Shown: positions 51,184 to 61,703, numbered from the stretch's first letter. The stretch is 64,000 nt of DNA from an uncultured Chloroflexia bacterium (GCA_963704775.1 CAVPHR010000006.1:339760-403759); one strand, 5' to 3'. Made by a program: numbers and translations. The notes: a model not told the origin generated them from the letters alone.

Positions 51184-52809
51184 CCGAACGGACCATCGCC
51201 GAGCTCCTCGCTGCCGCCGAGCGCAGCGGAGCCCGGGAACTCGCGGGTCTGATCGCCCGCCTGACTGCCGAGGGCCGGCTGCGTGGCGCCCGGCGCGACG
51301 GCAGGGCGATCGGCGCGGCCGGCCTGGCCGGCGTCCCGGTCACGGGCGTGACGAACGACTCGCGCGCCGTTCAGCCGGGCTCCCTCTTCGTGGCGATCCC
51401 CGGGCTCGGGGTCGATGGGCACGACTTCGTGGCCGCGGCCGCCGCAGCCGGAGCCGGCGCCGCGATCGTCGTGCGCCCGGTGCCCGAGGTCGCCGCTCCC
51501 GCAGCTCGTCGTCGCCGATCCCCATCCCGCGCTCGCGACCGCCGCGGCGTGGTGGTACGACGACCCGAGCGACGAGCTGGGCGTGGTCGGGATCACGGGA
51601 ACGGACGGCAAGACCACGACGGCGTTCCTCGCAGTCGCCGCGCTCGAGGCGGCAGGCGTGCGGACCGGGATGGTCGGCACGGCCGCGACGCGGATCGGCG
51701 GCGTCCAGGAGGACAACGAAGCCCACGTCACGACACCAGAGGCGCCGGCCCTCCAGCTCGCGCTCCGCGCGATGGTCGTCGCCGGCGACACCGCGGCGGT
51801 CATCGAGAGCACCTCCCACGGCCTCGCACTCGAGCGCGTCGGGTCCATCGCGTACGACGTCGCGATCCTGACCAACGTCACCCACGAGCACCTCGAGTTC
51901 CACGGCAGCTTCGAGGCGTACCGCGATGCCAAGCTCTCCCTCTTCGAGCGCCTCGCGCCGGGGCGCGCGGCCGTCGCCAAGCCGTCCGACCGCGGCTGGC
52001 CACGGACCGGCATCGTCAACCTGGACGACCCCTCGGCCGGCCGCTTCGTCGGGGTGACCCAGGAGGCCGGCGCGCGGGTCCTGACCTACGGCACCGACCC
52101 GACGGCCGACGTTCGTGCCACGCACGTCGAGGAGGACGCCCACGGCCTGCGGATCGCCTACACGACGCCGTCGGGCTCGGCGAGCCTGACGCTGCGGCTG
52201 GCTGGCCGGTTCAACGTCCACAACGCGCTCGCCGTCGTCGCGCTCGGCGAGGCCGCCGGGCTGGACGCGGCCGCGATCCGGGCTGGGCTCGAGGGCCTCG
52301 ATGCGGTCCCCGGGCGGATGGAGCGGATCGAGGCGGGCCAGCCGTTCGGGGTCATCGTCGACTACGCGCACAGCCCCGCGTCGCTCCAGGCCGTGCTCGA
52401 CCTCCTCGCGCCCGTCGCGGCGGCCCGCGGCGGCGGGCTCATCGCGGTCTTCGGGTCGGCCGGCGAGCGCGACACGGCGAAGCGGCCGCTCATGGGCCGG
52501 ATCGCCGGCGAGCGGGCCCGCCTGGTCGTCGTCACCGACGAGGATCCGCGCGGCGAGGACCGCGATGCGATCCTCGACGAGATCGCGCGCGGCGCGGAGG
52601 CCGCCGGCAAGCGTCGCGGTCACGACCTCCTGCTGGTCGCGGACCGCCGAGAGGCCATCGACGCCGCGCTCGAGCGGGCCCGGCCCGGCGACATCGTCCT
52701 GCTCGCGGGCAAGGGCCACGAGCGCACGATCATCGGTCCGACAGGCCCGATGGCCTGGAACGAACGTACGGTGGCCGAGGCAGCCCTTCGGGAGCTCGGG
52801 TTCGGCTGA
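51180..52809 (+). pseudogene. murE: UDP-N-acetylmuramoyl-L-alanyl-D-glutamate: diamino-acid ligase MurE, one frameshift near 51500
   Basis: Segments: VTNDSRAVQPGSLFVAIPGLGVDGHDF, then (ORF 51415..) VGITGTDGKTTTAFL, ESTSHGLALERV, LTNVTHEHLEFHGSFEAY, DYAHSPASLQAVL, VVVTDEDPRGED, LLAGKGHE. The ATG overlaps the upstream stop (ATGA). Confidence 0.9.
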
Positions 52810-52816
52810 GCACCAC

Positions 52817-52825
52817 TGCTATCCT
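52817..52825 (+). promoter_or_regulatory. Extended -10 TGCTATCCT, 8 nt before the ATG at 52834 (leaderless relA)
   Basis: acTGCTATCCTtggcgcccATG, directly after the murE stop. Confidence 0.5.
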
Positions 52826-52833
52826 TGGCGCCC

Positions 52834-55104
52834 ATGGCCACGACCACGCCACGCACGAAACCCAGTACGAAACCGGCCCGCGAGAAGCCGAGCGGGGTGG
52901 CTCGGGCGCCGCGGCGTGCGGCCAGCGTCCCGAAGGCCCGGCCGGCGGGCGATCCCGATCTCGAGTCGCTCCGCAAGAAGCTGTGGGCCGCCATCGTCGA
53001 GCACTACCCCGACGCCGACCGTGAGCCGGTCGACCGGGCCTTCGACCTTGCCGTCGAGGCGCACGCGACGCAGCGACGGGCGACGGGCGAGCCGTACGTC
53101 ACGCACCCCATCGCGTCGGCCCAGATCCTCGCCGAGCTCGGCGTCGATCCGGTCGCGATCCAGGCCGCGCTCCTCCATGACGTCCCGGAGGACACCGAGT
53201 ACAGCCTGACCGACGTCGAGGAGCGCTTCGGCGGCGAGGTCGCCCAGCTCGTCGACGGGGTCACGAAGCTCTCGAAGTTCAGCACCCACAGCCACGAGCA
53301 GCAGCAGGCCGAGAACATCCGCAAGATGCTCCTGGCGATGGCCCAGGACATCCGGGTCGTGCTGATCAAGCTCGCCGACCGGCTCCACAACATGCGCACG
53401 CTGTACGGCCTGCCGTCGGACAAGCAGCAGCGCATCGCCCGCCAGACGATGGAGATCTACGCGCCGCTGGCCGAGCGGCTCGGCATCTGGCAGATCAAGT
53501 GGGAGCTCGAGGACCTCGCGTTCAAGGCGCTCGAGCCGGAACGGTTCCGCGAGCTGGCTACGCTCCTGGACACCCGGCGCAAGGCGCGCGAGACGTTCAT
53601 CGAGCGCTCGATCGCCGAGCTCCGGCCCAAGCTCGAGGCGGCCGGGATCCACGCCGACATCGAGGGCCGGCCGAAGCACATCTACAGCATCTGGAAGAAG
53701 ATGCAGCGCAAGAGCGCGGAGTTCGGCGAGATCTACGACGTCTACGCCATCCGCCTGCTCGTCGATGACGTGCGCGACTGCTACGCCGCCCTTGGCATCG
53801 TCCACTCGATCTGGCGGCCGATCCCGGGGCAGTTCGACGACTACATCGCGGTCCCCAAGAACAACCGCTACCAGTCGCTGCACACCGCGGTCATCGCCCT
53901 CGACGGCAAGCCGCTCGAGATCCAGATCCGGACGCACCAGATGCACCAGGTGTCCGAGGTGGGCATCGCGGCCCACTGGCGCTACAAGGAGGGCACCAAG
54001 TCCGACCGCGAATACGACGCGAAGCTCGCCTGGCTGCGCCAGCTCATGGACTGGCAGCGCGAGGTCTCCGAGTCGGACGCGACCGAGTTCGTCGAGGGCA
54101 TCAAGCTCGACATCTTCCAGGACCAGGTCTTCGTCTTCACGCCGAAGGGCGACATCAAGGACCTGCCGGCGGGCGCGACGCCGCTCGACTTCGCCTACCG
54201 GATCCACACCGATGTCGGCCACCGCACGATCGGCGCGAAGGTCAACAACCGCCTCGTGCCGCTGGACTACCGCCTGAAGAACGGCGACATCGTCGAGATC
54301 GTCACCACCAAGGGCGAGCACGGGCCGTCGCGCGACTGGATGAACGTCGTCCGCACCAGCCACGCCCGCGAGAAGATCCGCCAATGGTTCAAGCGCAAGG
54401 ACCGCGACGAGAACATCGTCCACGGCCGCGAGTCGCTTGAGCGTGAGTTGCGGCGCCTCGCCCGCACCTCCATCGCGGCGGTCGGCGTGGATCGCATCGC
54501 CGAGGTCGCGAAGACCTTCAACTACGAGTCGGTCGACGACTTCTACGCGGCGGTCGGCTATGGCGCGGTGGGCGCCCAGACCGTTGTCATGCGCCTCGGG
54601 GTCGTCGACGACGGCCAGAGCACGCTCCCGACGGTCGCGCCGCCGCAGCACATCACCCGGACCGGCGGCGTGCGGGTCAAGGGCGTGGGCGACCTGCTCA
54701 TCCGATTCGCGAAGTGCTGCCACCCGATCCCGGGCGACCCGATCATCGGCTTCATCACGCGCGGCAAGGGGGTCACGGTCCATCTCCAGGCCTGTCCGAC
54801 GGTCGTCAACGAGCGCGAGCTCGGCCGCCTGATCGAGGTCGAGTGGGAGGCCGAGCCGACCCAGAGCTATCCGATCGCCATCCGCGTCGAGGCCTATGAC
54901 CGGACCGGCCTGCTCTCGGACATCACCCAGGTCGTCGCCGAGAACAAGGTCAACATCGTGGCCGCGAGCGTCGGGGTGACGCCGGACCACACCGCAGTGG
55001 TGACCGCGACCCTCCAGGTCGCCTCGGTCAGCCAGCTGGCACGGGTGATGAGCCGGATCGAGCAGCTCAAGGACGTGGTAAGCGTCCAGCGCGACCTGGG
55101 CTAG
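52834..55104 (+). CDS. relA: Bifunctional (p)ppGpp synthetase/hydrolase, RelA/SpoT (Rel) family
   Basis: Intact ORF. The track starts at the TTG at 52825, but I prefer the ATG at 52834. HD domain HPIASAQILAELGVDPVAIQAALLHDVPEDT; synthetase PKHIYSIWKKMQRK, DVYAIRLLV, YQSLHTAV; TGS FVFTPKGDIKDLPAGATPLDFAYRIHTDVG; C-terminal ACT. Confidence 0.95.
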   Translation: MATTTPRTKPSTKPAREKPSGVARAPRRAASVPKARPAGDPDLESLRKKLWAAIVEHYPDADREPVDRAFDLAVEAHATQRRATGEPYVTHPIASAQILAELGVDPVAIQAALLHDVPEDTEYSLTDVEERFGGEVAQLVDGVTKLSKFSTHSHEQQQAENIRKMLLAMAQDIRVVLIKLADRLHNMRTLYGLPSDKQQRIARQTMEIYAPLAERLGIWQIKWELEDLAFKALEPERFRELATLLDTRRKARETFIERSIAELRPKLEAAGIHADIEGRPKHIYSIWKKMQRKSAEFGEIYDVYAIRLLVDDVRDCYAALGIVHSIWRPIPGQFDDYIAVPKNNRYQSLHTAVIALDGKPLEIQIRTHQMHQVSEVGIAAHWRYKEGTKSDREYDAKLAWLRQLMDWQREVSESDATEFVEGIKLDIFQDQVFVFTPKGDIKDLPAGATPLDFAYRIHTDVGHRTIGAKVNNRLVPLDYRLKNGDIVEIVTTKGEHGPSRDWMNVVRTSHAREKIRQWFKRKDRDENIVHGRESLERELRRLARTSIAAVGVDRIAEVAKTFNYESVDDFYAAVGYGAVGAQTVVMRLGVVDDGQSTLPTVAPPQHITRTGGVRVKGVGDLLIRFAKCCHPIPGDPIIGFITRGKGVTVHLQACPTVVNERELGRLIEVEWEAEPTQSYPIAIRVEAYDRTGLLSDITQVVAENKVNIVAASVGVTPDHTAVVTATLQVASVSQLARVMSRIEQLKDVVSVQRDLG

Positions 55105-55144
55105 GGTCGCGGGCCGGGCCCGAACCCCGCCACCGAGCGGCGGC

Positions 55145-55150
55145 TAGACT
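55145..55150 (+). promoter_or_regulatory. -10 TAGACT, 8 nt before the hisS ATG (leaderless candidate)
   Basis: cggcTAGACTtcggcgcgATG. Confidence 0.45.
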
Positions 55151-55158
55151 TCGGCGCG

Positions 55159-56452
55159 ATGCCGACCTTCCGAGCGCCGCGCGGGACCCGCGACCTGCTG
55201 CCGGCCGAGACGCCGACGTGGACGCGCCTCGAGCGCCTTGCCGCGGACCTCGCCGCCCGCTACGGCTATCGGCGCATCGAGACCCCGCTCTTCGAGGTCA
55301 CGGCGGTCTTCGAGCGGGGCATCGGCGAGGTCACCGACGTCGTCGAGAAGGAGCTCTTCCGGCTCGCGCCGCGAACGGAGGAGGGCGAGGCGTGGGCCCT
55401 CCGCCCGGAGCCGACCGCCGGGATCGCGCGAGCCTACGTCCAGCACGGGATGCACACCTGGCCGCAGCCGGTCAAGGTCACGCAGACCGGGCCGATGTTC
55501 CGGTACGACCGGCCTCAGGCGGGACGGTACCGGCAGTTCTGGCAGTTCGACGTCGAGGCGATCGGCGACGCCGGCCCGGCGGTCGATGCCGAGATCGTCG
55601 AGCTCGGGGCGCGGTTCTACCGCGAGGCCGGGCTCGATAGCGTCGAGGTCCAGCTCAACTCGATCGGCGACCCCGCGTGCAGGCCGGCCTACATCGAGAG
55701 CCTGACCGCGTACTACACGGACCGGGAGGCGGACCTGCCGCCGACGGAGCGCGAGCGCCTCGGGCGCAACCCGCTGCGCCTGCTCGACTCGAAGGATCCC
55801 GCGATGGCGGCGATCAACGCCGAGGCACCGCGCATGACCGACCGGCTGTGCGCCCCATGCGCCGAGCACTTCGGGGCGGTCCGCGCCCACCTGGACGCCG
55901 CTCGGCGTCGCGTATCGCCTCGAACCCGGGCTCGTGCGCGGCCTCGACTACTACACCCGGACCGCGTTCGAGTACTACGTCCGCGGTCGGGAGGGCCAGC
56001 AGCAGGCCATCGGCGGCGGGGGGCGCTACGACGGCCTGATCGAGTTGCTCGGCGGTCGCCCGACGCCGGGAATCGGGTTCGGCATCGGGCTCGACCGGCT
56101 GGTCCTCGCGCTCGAGGAGGCCGGCCACGCGGTCGTGCCGGAGCCGGCGCCGGTCGCGGTCGTGGTGGGCGCCGACCCGGACGACACGGTCGCGCGGCTG
56201 GTGATCGCCACCGAGCTCCGGGCGTCCGGGCTGGACGCCCACGCCGACCTGGGCCGCCGCAAGCTCGGCAAGCAACTGGAGGCGGCCGCCCGCGACGCGG
56301 CGCACTTCGCGGTCATCCTCGGCGACGAGCTCGCGACCGGCGAGGTGCAGCTGCGGGACCTGCCGGCTGGGACCCAGAAGCTGGTCGCCCGGTCGGACCT
56401 GGCTCGCGAGCTGGCACGGGCCCACGCCGCCCACCGCCACGGGACGGAGTAG
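55159..56452 (+). pseudogene. hisS: Histidine--tRNA ligase, one frameshift near 55895
   Basis: Segments: RGTRDLLP, MFRYDRPQAGRYRQFWQFDVEAIG (ORF 55159..), then RGLDYYTRTAFEY, IGGGGRYDGL, GIGFGIGLDRLV (ORF 55934..56452). Confidence 0.9.
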
Positions 56453-56461
56453 GGCAGGGTC

Positions 56462-56848
56462 GTGGCGGAGGTCGGGTTTCCGGACGAGACGGCCGAGGCC
56501 CTCGTCGCCGCCGAGACAGCCCTCGCCCGGCGTGATCGCGCCTGGCCGGGCGGGCTCGACGGCCTGCTCGACGGGGCGTTCGCCGAGGTCGGGGCGAGCG
56601 GGCGCGCGTGGTCGCGGGACGATGTCGTGGCCATGCTGGCCTCCGATCCGCCCGACCGGATCGAGCTCCGTGACCTCGTCGTCGAACGCCTGGCCGAGGA
56701 CGTCGCCCTCGTCCGTTTCGTGACCGTGGAGCCGGACCCTGCGCGCCGGCGGGCACGGCGCGTCTCGGTCTGGGTCCGTCGCGACGGGACGTGGCGGCTT
56801 CGCTACCACCAGGGGACCGTGTCGCCCGATGCGGAGGCCGGCACCTGA
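56462..56848 (+). CDS. SnoaL/NTF2-like (DUF4440-type) small protein
   Basis: Intact 128-aa ORF: LLDGAFAEVGASGRAWSRDDVVAML...VALVRFV...VWVRRDGTWRLRYHQGT. The family call is by pattern only. Confidence 0.5.
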   Translation: MAEVGFPDETAEALVAAETALARRDRAWPGGLDGLLDGAFAEVGASGRAWSRDDVVAMLASDPPDRIELRDLVVERLAEDVALVRFVTVEPDPARRRARRVSVWVRRDGTWRLRYHQGTVSPDAEAGT

Positions 56849-57147
56849 TGGGCGAATGGATCTACTTCATCCACCCGCCGCGCGAGGACTTCGCGGCCAC
56901 GATGACCGAGGAGGAGACCACGGTCTGGGGCGTCCACTTCGAGCGGTTCCAGGAGGCCCTGGCCGACGGCACGATCATCCTCGTCGGCCCGACGCTGGGG
57001 GTCCACAACACCGGCCTGTGCATCTTCGAGGCGCCCGACGAGGCAGCCGCGCGCCGCTTCATGGAGGAGGACCCGGTGATCGCCGGCGGCTTCGCCCGCG
57101 GCGAGCTCCGACCGTTCCGCGTGTCGCTGCTCCGCGGCCGCGACTGA
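56848..57147 (+). CDS. YciI-like protein
   Basis: MGEWIYFIHPPREDFAATMTEEETTVWGVHFERFQEALADGTIILVGPT...FEAPDEAAARRFMEEDPVIAGG. The ATG overlaps the upstream TGA. Confidence 0.6.
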   Translation: MGEWIYFIHPPREDFAATMTEEETTVWGVHFERFQEALADGTIILVGPTLGVHNTGLCIFEAPDEAAARRFMEEDPVIAGGFARGELRPFRVSLLRGRD

Positions 57148-57157
57148 CCACCCGCGA

Positions 57158-57466
57158 TCAGGCGGGCGGGTCCTCGAGCCCGTGCAGGTCGCCCGAGCCG
57201 TGAAACTCGACGAGGGTCTCGCGTCGGCCGCCCGGCCCGATCTGCCGTCCGCCGACCGTGACGTACCCCGTCACTGTGCGTCCGTCGGCGAGGACGCCGA
57301 CGAACTCGCCCTCGTCCTCGGGTGGATTCGAGCGGGTGACGACGCGCGCGGCCCATTGAGATCGGCCCTGGTCGTCGTCCCAGCAGTCGAGTGTCGCGCC
57401 GGGCATGCTCACGCCGGCGAAGGTCACTTGCTTGAGGGCGAAACGGAGGTGGCGGCGGGCGGGCAC
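57158..57466 (-). CDS. Hypothetical small protein (102 aa)
   Basis: Intact ORF with protein-like composition ([21 protein letters not shown]). A TGT-TACCGT extended -10 lies 6 nt upstream of its GTG. Confidence 0.45.
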   Translation of the reverse strand: MPARRHLRFALKQVTFAGVSMPGATLDCWDDDQGRSQWAARVVTRSNPPEDEGEFVGVLADGRTVTGYVTVGGRQIGPGGRRETLVEFHGSGDLHGLEDPPA

Positions 57467-57472
57467 GTGTCC

Positions 57473-57481
57473 ACGGTAACA
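57473..57481 (-). promoter_or_regulatory. Extended -10 TGTTACCGT, 6 nt before the GTG at 57466 (leaderless candidate)
   Basis: The reverse complement of acggtaaca. Confidence 0.4.
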
Positions 57482-57522
57482 GGGCTTCGTCGGCCGGTCG
57501 TCGGGCGGCGGTCGAGGTCGAC

Positions 57523-57528
57523 TACGAT
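57523..57528 (+). promoter_or_regulatory. -10 TACGAT, 9 nt before the aspS ATG (leaderless candidate)
   Basis: gtcgacTACGATacggcggccATG. Confidence 0.4.
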
Positions 57529-57537
57529 ACGGCGGCC

Positions 57538-59431
57538 ATGAGTGCCCTCACCCCCAGCCTCGCCACGCCCTACCGGACCCACACCAACGGAGAGCTGCGG
57601 GCGTCCGACGCGGGCTCCGAGGCCCGGCTGGCCGGCTGGATCCACCGCCGACGCGACCACGGCCAGCTCATCTTCCTGGACCTGCGGGACCGCCACGGGT
57701 TGACCCAGATCGTGATCGACCAGACCGAATGCCCCGGCCGCCCACGAGCAGGCCAGCCGGATCCGGCCGGAGTTCGTGGTGGCGGTGCGCGGCGAGGTCT
57801 CCAGGCGCCTGCCCGGCACCGAGAACCCGCGGCTGCCGACCGGCGAGATCGAGCTCCGGGCGACCGAGGTCGAGATCCTGTCCGAGGCGAAGACGCCGCC
57901 GTTCTACATCAACGAGCCGGACGCGCCGGTCGACGAGGCGCTGCGGCTCAGGTACCGCTACCTCGACATCCGACGCCAGCCGATGGCGGACCGGCTCCTC
58001 CTGCGCTCGCGCATGGTCCAGGCGATCCGCGAGGTCCACCACGCGAACGGCTTCGTCGAGGTCGAGACGCCCGACGCTCATCAAGAGCACGCCCGAGGGC
58101 GCCCGCGACTTCATCGTGCCGTCCCGGCTCCAGCCCGGGACGCGTCTACGCGCTCCCGCAGAGCCCGCAGCAGCTCAAGCAGCTCCTGATGGTCGGCGGG
58201 ATGGATCGCTACTTCCAGATCGCCCGCTGCTACCGCGACGAGGACCTGCGTGGCGACCGCCAGCCCGAGTTCACCCAGCTCGACCTGGAGATGAGCTTCG
58301 TCGACGAGGCGACCGTCATGGGCTTCGTCGAGTCGATGGTGATCGAGGTCTCGCGGGCCACCCGGCCAGACCGCCCCATCCTGCAGACGCCGTTCCCGGT
58401 CTTCACCTACGACGAGGTCATCGAGCGGTTCGGCTCGGACAAGCCGGACATCCGGTTCGGGATGGAGCTCGTCGACCTCGGGTCCGTCCTGGTCGGCCCC
58501 GACGGCACGCCGGCGTCGGGGTTCGGCGTCTTCGACGGCGCCCTCGTCGTCGGGCGGCCGCGTCAAGGCGATCGTGGCACCCGGCATGGCCGGGATCACC
58601 CGGCGCGAGATCGACGAGCTCATCGAGCGGGCGAAGCGGTTCGGGGCCAAGGGCCTGGTCCACCTCGCGCTCGAACCGGGCGGCGAGGTGAAGAGCCCGA
58701 TCGCGAAGTTCCTGGACGACGAGACCAAGCGCGCCATCATCGACCAGACCGTGGCGACGGAGGGCGACCTCATCCTCATCGTGGCCGACACGCCCGCGGT
58801 GACAGCCGACGTCCTGGGCCGGCTCCGGGTCGAGCTGGGCGACCGGCTCGGGCTGGCCGATCCCGAGGTCCTCGCCTACGCCTGGGTGAACCGCTTCCCG
58901 ATGTACCAGTGGGATGCCGAGGGCGGCCGCTGGGACGCGACCCACAACCCGTTCTCGGGCGTCGTCCCGGAGGACGAGGAGCTCCTCGTGACCACCTCGG
59001 GCGACCCGGCCAAGCCGTCGCCCGACGACCCGGCGGGCCGTGCCCGCGCGCTCCAGTACGACCTCGCGCTCAACGGGTGGGAGCTCGGCGGCGGATCGAT
59101 CCGGATCCATCGGCGCGACCTGCTCGAGCGCAGCTTCCTCCTGCAGGGCCAGACAGCCGAGGGCATGCGCGAGAAGTTCGGGGCGGTCCTCGACGCGTTC
59201 GACTTCGGCGCGCCGCCCCACGGCGGGATCGCCCTCGGGATCGATCGCTGGGCGATGGTGTTCGCGAGCCAGACCAACATCCGCGAGGTCATGGCGTTCC
59301 CGAAGACCCAGTCCGGCACCGACCCGATGCTCGAGGCGCCGTCGCCGCCCGAACCCGCCCAGTACGAGGAGCTCGGCCTGCGCTTCGTCGGCGTGCCCGG
59401 TCGGACCGGCGGGGAGGGGACCGACGCGTGA
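57538..59431 (+). pseudogene. aspS: Aspartate--tRNA ligase (possibly non-discriminating), 4 frameshifts
   Basis: Segments: [25 protein letters not shown] (ORF 57776..), [17 protein letters not shown] (ORF 57729..), [50 protein letters not shown] (ORF 57538..), [30 protein letters not shown] (ORF 58574..59431). Confidence 0.9.
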
Positions 59432-59492
59432 GCGCGGCGCCTCGTTCCAGGTCGATTCGGCGGATGAAGGACCTCGGCGGCAGCCTGGACGC

Positions 59493-60416
59493 GTGAACCC
59501 GCTTCGCGCGGCTGGCCGCCATCCGCGGTTCGCGGCCCTGGCGGGCGCCCTCTGCATCACGTTCTCGGGGATCTTCTACCGCTGGTCCGAGGTCAGCCCC
59601 TCGACCGGCGTCGTCTTCCGCTGCCTGTACGGGCTGCCGCTCCTGGCGCTCGCCGCCTGGTTCGAACGACGCGATCTCGGCCCGATGAGCCCACGGGCGG
59701 TCCGACTCTCGGCGTTCGCCGGCGTCTTCTTCGCGGTCGACCTGCTGACGTTCCACTACGTCGTCGACAACATCGGGGCCGGCCTCGCCACGATGATGGG
59801 CAACCTCCAGGTGGTGATCGTCGCGCTGGCGGCGTGGGCCCTGTGGGGCGAGCGGCCGGGGCGAAACGTCGCGGTCGCCCTGCCGATCATGCTGTTCGGG
59901 GTCGTCCTGATCTCCGGCCTGATCGGCGGCGACGCGTACGGCACGAACGCGCCGCTCGGCGTCGCGATCGGCCTCGTGACCGCGGCGTCGTACGCGGGCT
60001 ACCTCCTGGTCATCCGCCGGGCGACCCCGGACCGCCGTGCGGCGGGTCCCGTGACGATCGCGACGGCCGTCTGCGCGCTCGTCGCCGCGGTCTTCGGCAC
60101 GATCGTCGGCGACTTCGACCCGGTGCCGTCGCTGCCGTCCCACGCCTACCTGCTGGCGCTCGGCGTCACGAGCCAGTCGATCGGCTACATCCTGATCCAA
60201 GTCTCGCTGCCGCGGCTGCCGGCGGTGCTGACGTCGGCGATCCTGTTGACCCAGCCGGTGATGACCGTGCTGTTCGCATCATTGCTGCTCGGCGAGGCGC
60301 CATCATCCGGGCAGGTCCTGGGCGTCGTATTGGTCGTTGTCGGCCTCGCGCTCGCGACCGGCGCTGTCGGTCGCGTCCGCGATGACCTGCGCGAGACGTT
60401 CGCCCCGGCAGGCTGA
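59493..60416 (+). CDS. EamA/DMT-superfamily permease
   Basis: Intact frame from the GTG at 59493. It is mostly hydrophobic segments in two half-repeats ([13 protein letters not shown]..., [49 protein letters not shown]). Confidence 0.7.
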   Translation: MNPLRAAGRHPRFAALAGALCITFSGIFYRWSEVSPSTGVVFRCLYGLPLLALAAWFERRDLGPMSPRAVRLSAFAGVFFAVDLLTFHYVVDNIGAGLATMMGNLQVVIVALAAWALWGERPGRNVAVALPIMLFGVVLISGLIGGDAYGTNAPLGVAIGLVTAASYAGYLLVIRRATPDRRAAGPVTIATAVCALVAAVFGTIVGDFDPVPSLPSHAYLLALGVTSQSIGYILIQVSLPRLPAVLTSAILLTQPVMTVLFASLLLGEAPSSGQVLGVVLVVVGLALATGAVGRVRDDLRETFAPAG

Positions 60417-60469
60417 ACGAGATGCGTCCGCCGTCGAGGCGTCGAATCAGGACTGGATGAGGGGGAGTC

Positions 60470-61018
60470 ATGGACGATCCGAACAGCAGTCAGCCACAGA
60501 CGCTGCCGGCCGTGCCGGCGGATGCCGCCGCCTCGTTCGCCGATCCTTCGCCTGAGCGAATGGACGGATTTCGCCGTTGGGCCATGGTCGTGTTCGGCCT
60601 GATCGTCGTCCTGGTGGTCATCGGCACCCTGGTGCTCGTCTCCGCGGGCGCCACGAGTCGCCTCTCCGCCCTGGAGATCGCCGGCCTCTGGCTCGGCGTG
60701 GGACTCCTTGGCGCGTCGGCCCTGGCCCTCCTGGTCGGTCTCGACCGGAGGCGAGCCTGGGCGTACGAGGCGACGGTCGCGTGCTGCTGGATCCTGGTCG
60801 TCGCCGCGGTGCTCCGCGTCCTCATCGACCTCACCCACAGCACCGTGACGGTCCCACTCGAGGGCATCGCGGCCGGTCTCGTGCTGAGTCGGCGACCGAG
60901 CCCGTTGCCGACGATGGCGCCGGAGGAACGACGGGTCGCCGTCGCGGTGACGGTCCTGTTCCTCGTCAGCGAGGCGTGGCCGCTCCTGACATCGGTCGGT
61001 GCCTTCGGCCCCCGCTGA
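60470..61018 (+). CDS. Hypothetical integral membrane protein (182 aa)
   Basis: ATG after GAGGGGGAG. At least four hydrophobic segments are visible (WAMVVFGLIVVLVVIGTLVLV, LEIAGLWLGVGLLGASALALLVGL, VACCWILVVAAVLRVLI, VAVAVTVLFLVSEAWPLL). Confidence 0.55.
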   Translation: MDDPNSSQPQTLPAVPADAAASFADPSPERMDGFRRWAMVVFGLIVVLVVIGTLVLVSAGATSRLSALEIAGLWLGVGLLGASALALLVGLDRRRAWAYEATVACCWILVVAAVLRVLIDLTHSTVTVPLEGIAAGLVLSRRPSPLPTMAPEERRVAVAVTVLFLVSEAWPLLTSVGAFGPR

Positions 61019-61030
61019 GCGACCCGCGAG

Positions 61031-61694
61031 CTACGCCTCCGGGTTCGGCAGGCCGGCCTCGGAGATGACGTCGTCACCCCATTCATGGGTGTGCCCGGCT
61101 GGCGGGTCGGGCGGGCCCTCGTAATCGGGCAGCGCGCTCGGGTCGGTGTCGACGTCGTGCGTGACGCCGGGATCGCCCACCTCGACCAGGCGGGTCGGGA
61201 CGATCGAGCGCCAGGCGCTCGATGACGTCCGGCGGCATCACGTCCGCCGGGATCGATCGCAGCGCCTCGAGGTGGGCCAGCGGGAGCAGGACCGGCCAGC
61301 CGGGCTCTCCGTGCCAGGCGGGCCGGAGCATCGTGCCGCGGGCGGTGCCGTGGGCCTCGATGAGTGACGTGATCGTCTCGGGGCCCACCCACACCATCCG
61401 TGCCGGCCACAGCAATGCCCCGGTCAGGTCGTGGACCTCCGCCTCGGCGAGTTCGATGCCACGGGCCATCTGACCGACCGGGCCGGACTCCGCCGGCGCC
61501 GGCAGGCCGTGACTGGCCTCGCTGCCTGCCAGGCTCGCCGCCACAGCGCCGTCGGGATCGGGCGAGAGCACCACGGTCGGCAGGGCCCCGCCCGACCACG
61601 CCAGGTCCGCCAGACGCCGGACCCGGGCCTGCCCGAGCGTCTCGGCCAGGGCGCCGTCGGCGGTCGCGGACAGGATCACGGCGGCGACGGTCAT
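61031..61694 (-). pseudogene. MobA-like NTP-transferase-fold protein, one frameshift near 61200
   Basis: Segments: [62 protein letters not shown] (ORF 61083..61694). The C-terminus continues in another frame (VEVGDPGVTHDVDTDPSALPDYEGP...PEA) to the stop at 61031. Confidence 0.5.
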
Positions 61695-61703
61695 CGTCGC
61701 CCG

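Noticed and set aside
55105-55140. A GGGCC-G-GGCCC / CCGCC...GGCGG palindrome after relA as an intrinsic terminator.
   Set aside because: The stems are only 5-6 bp, the loops are sterically impossible or arbitrary, and there is no U-tract. This is not distinguishable from chance in GC-rich DNA.
55104-55159. T-box or other riboswitch leaders upstream of hisS, aspS (57467-57537) and trpB2 (31546-31682).
   Set aside because: The hisS and aspS gaps are only 54 and 71 nt and are occupied by -10 elements next to the start codon, which leaves too little room for a T-box. The trpB2 leader has no tandem Trp leader peptide or specifier/antiterminator-like pairing that I could fold.
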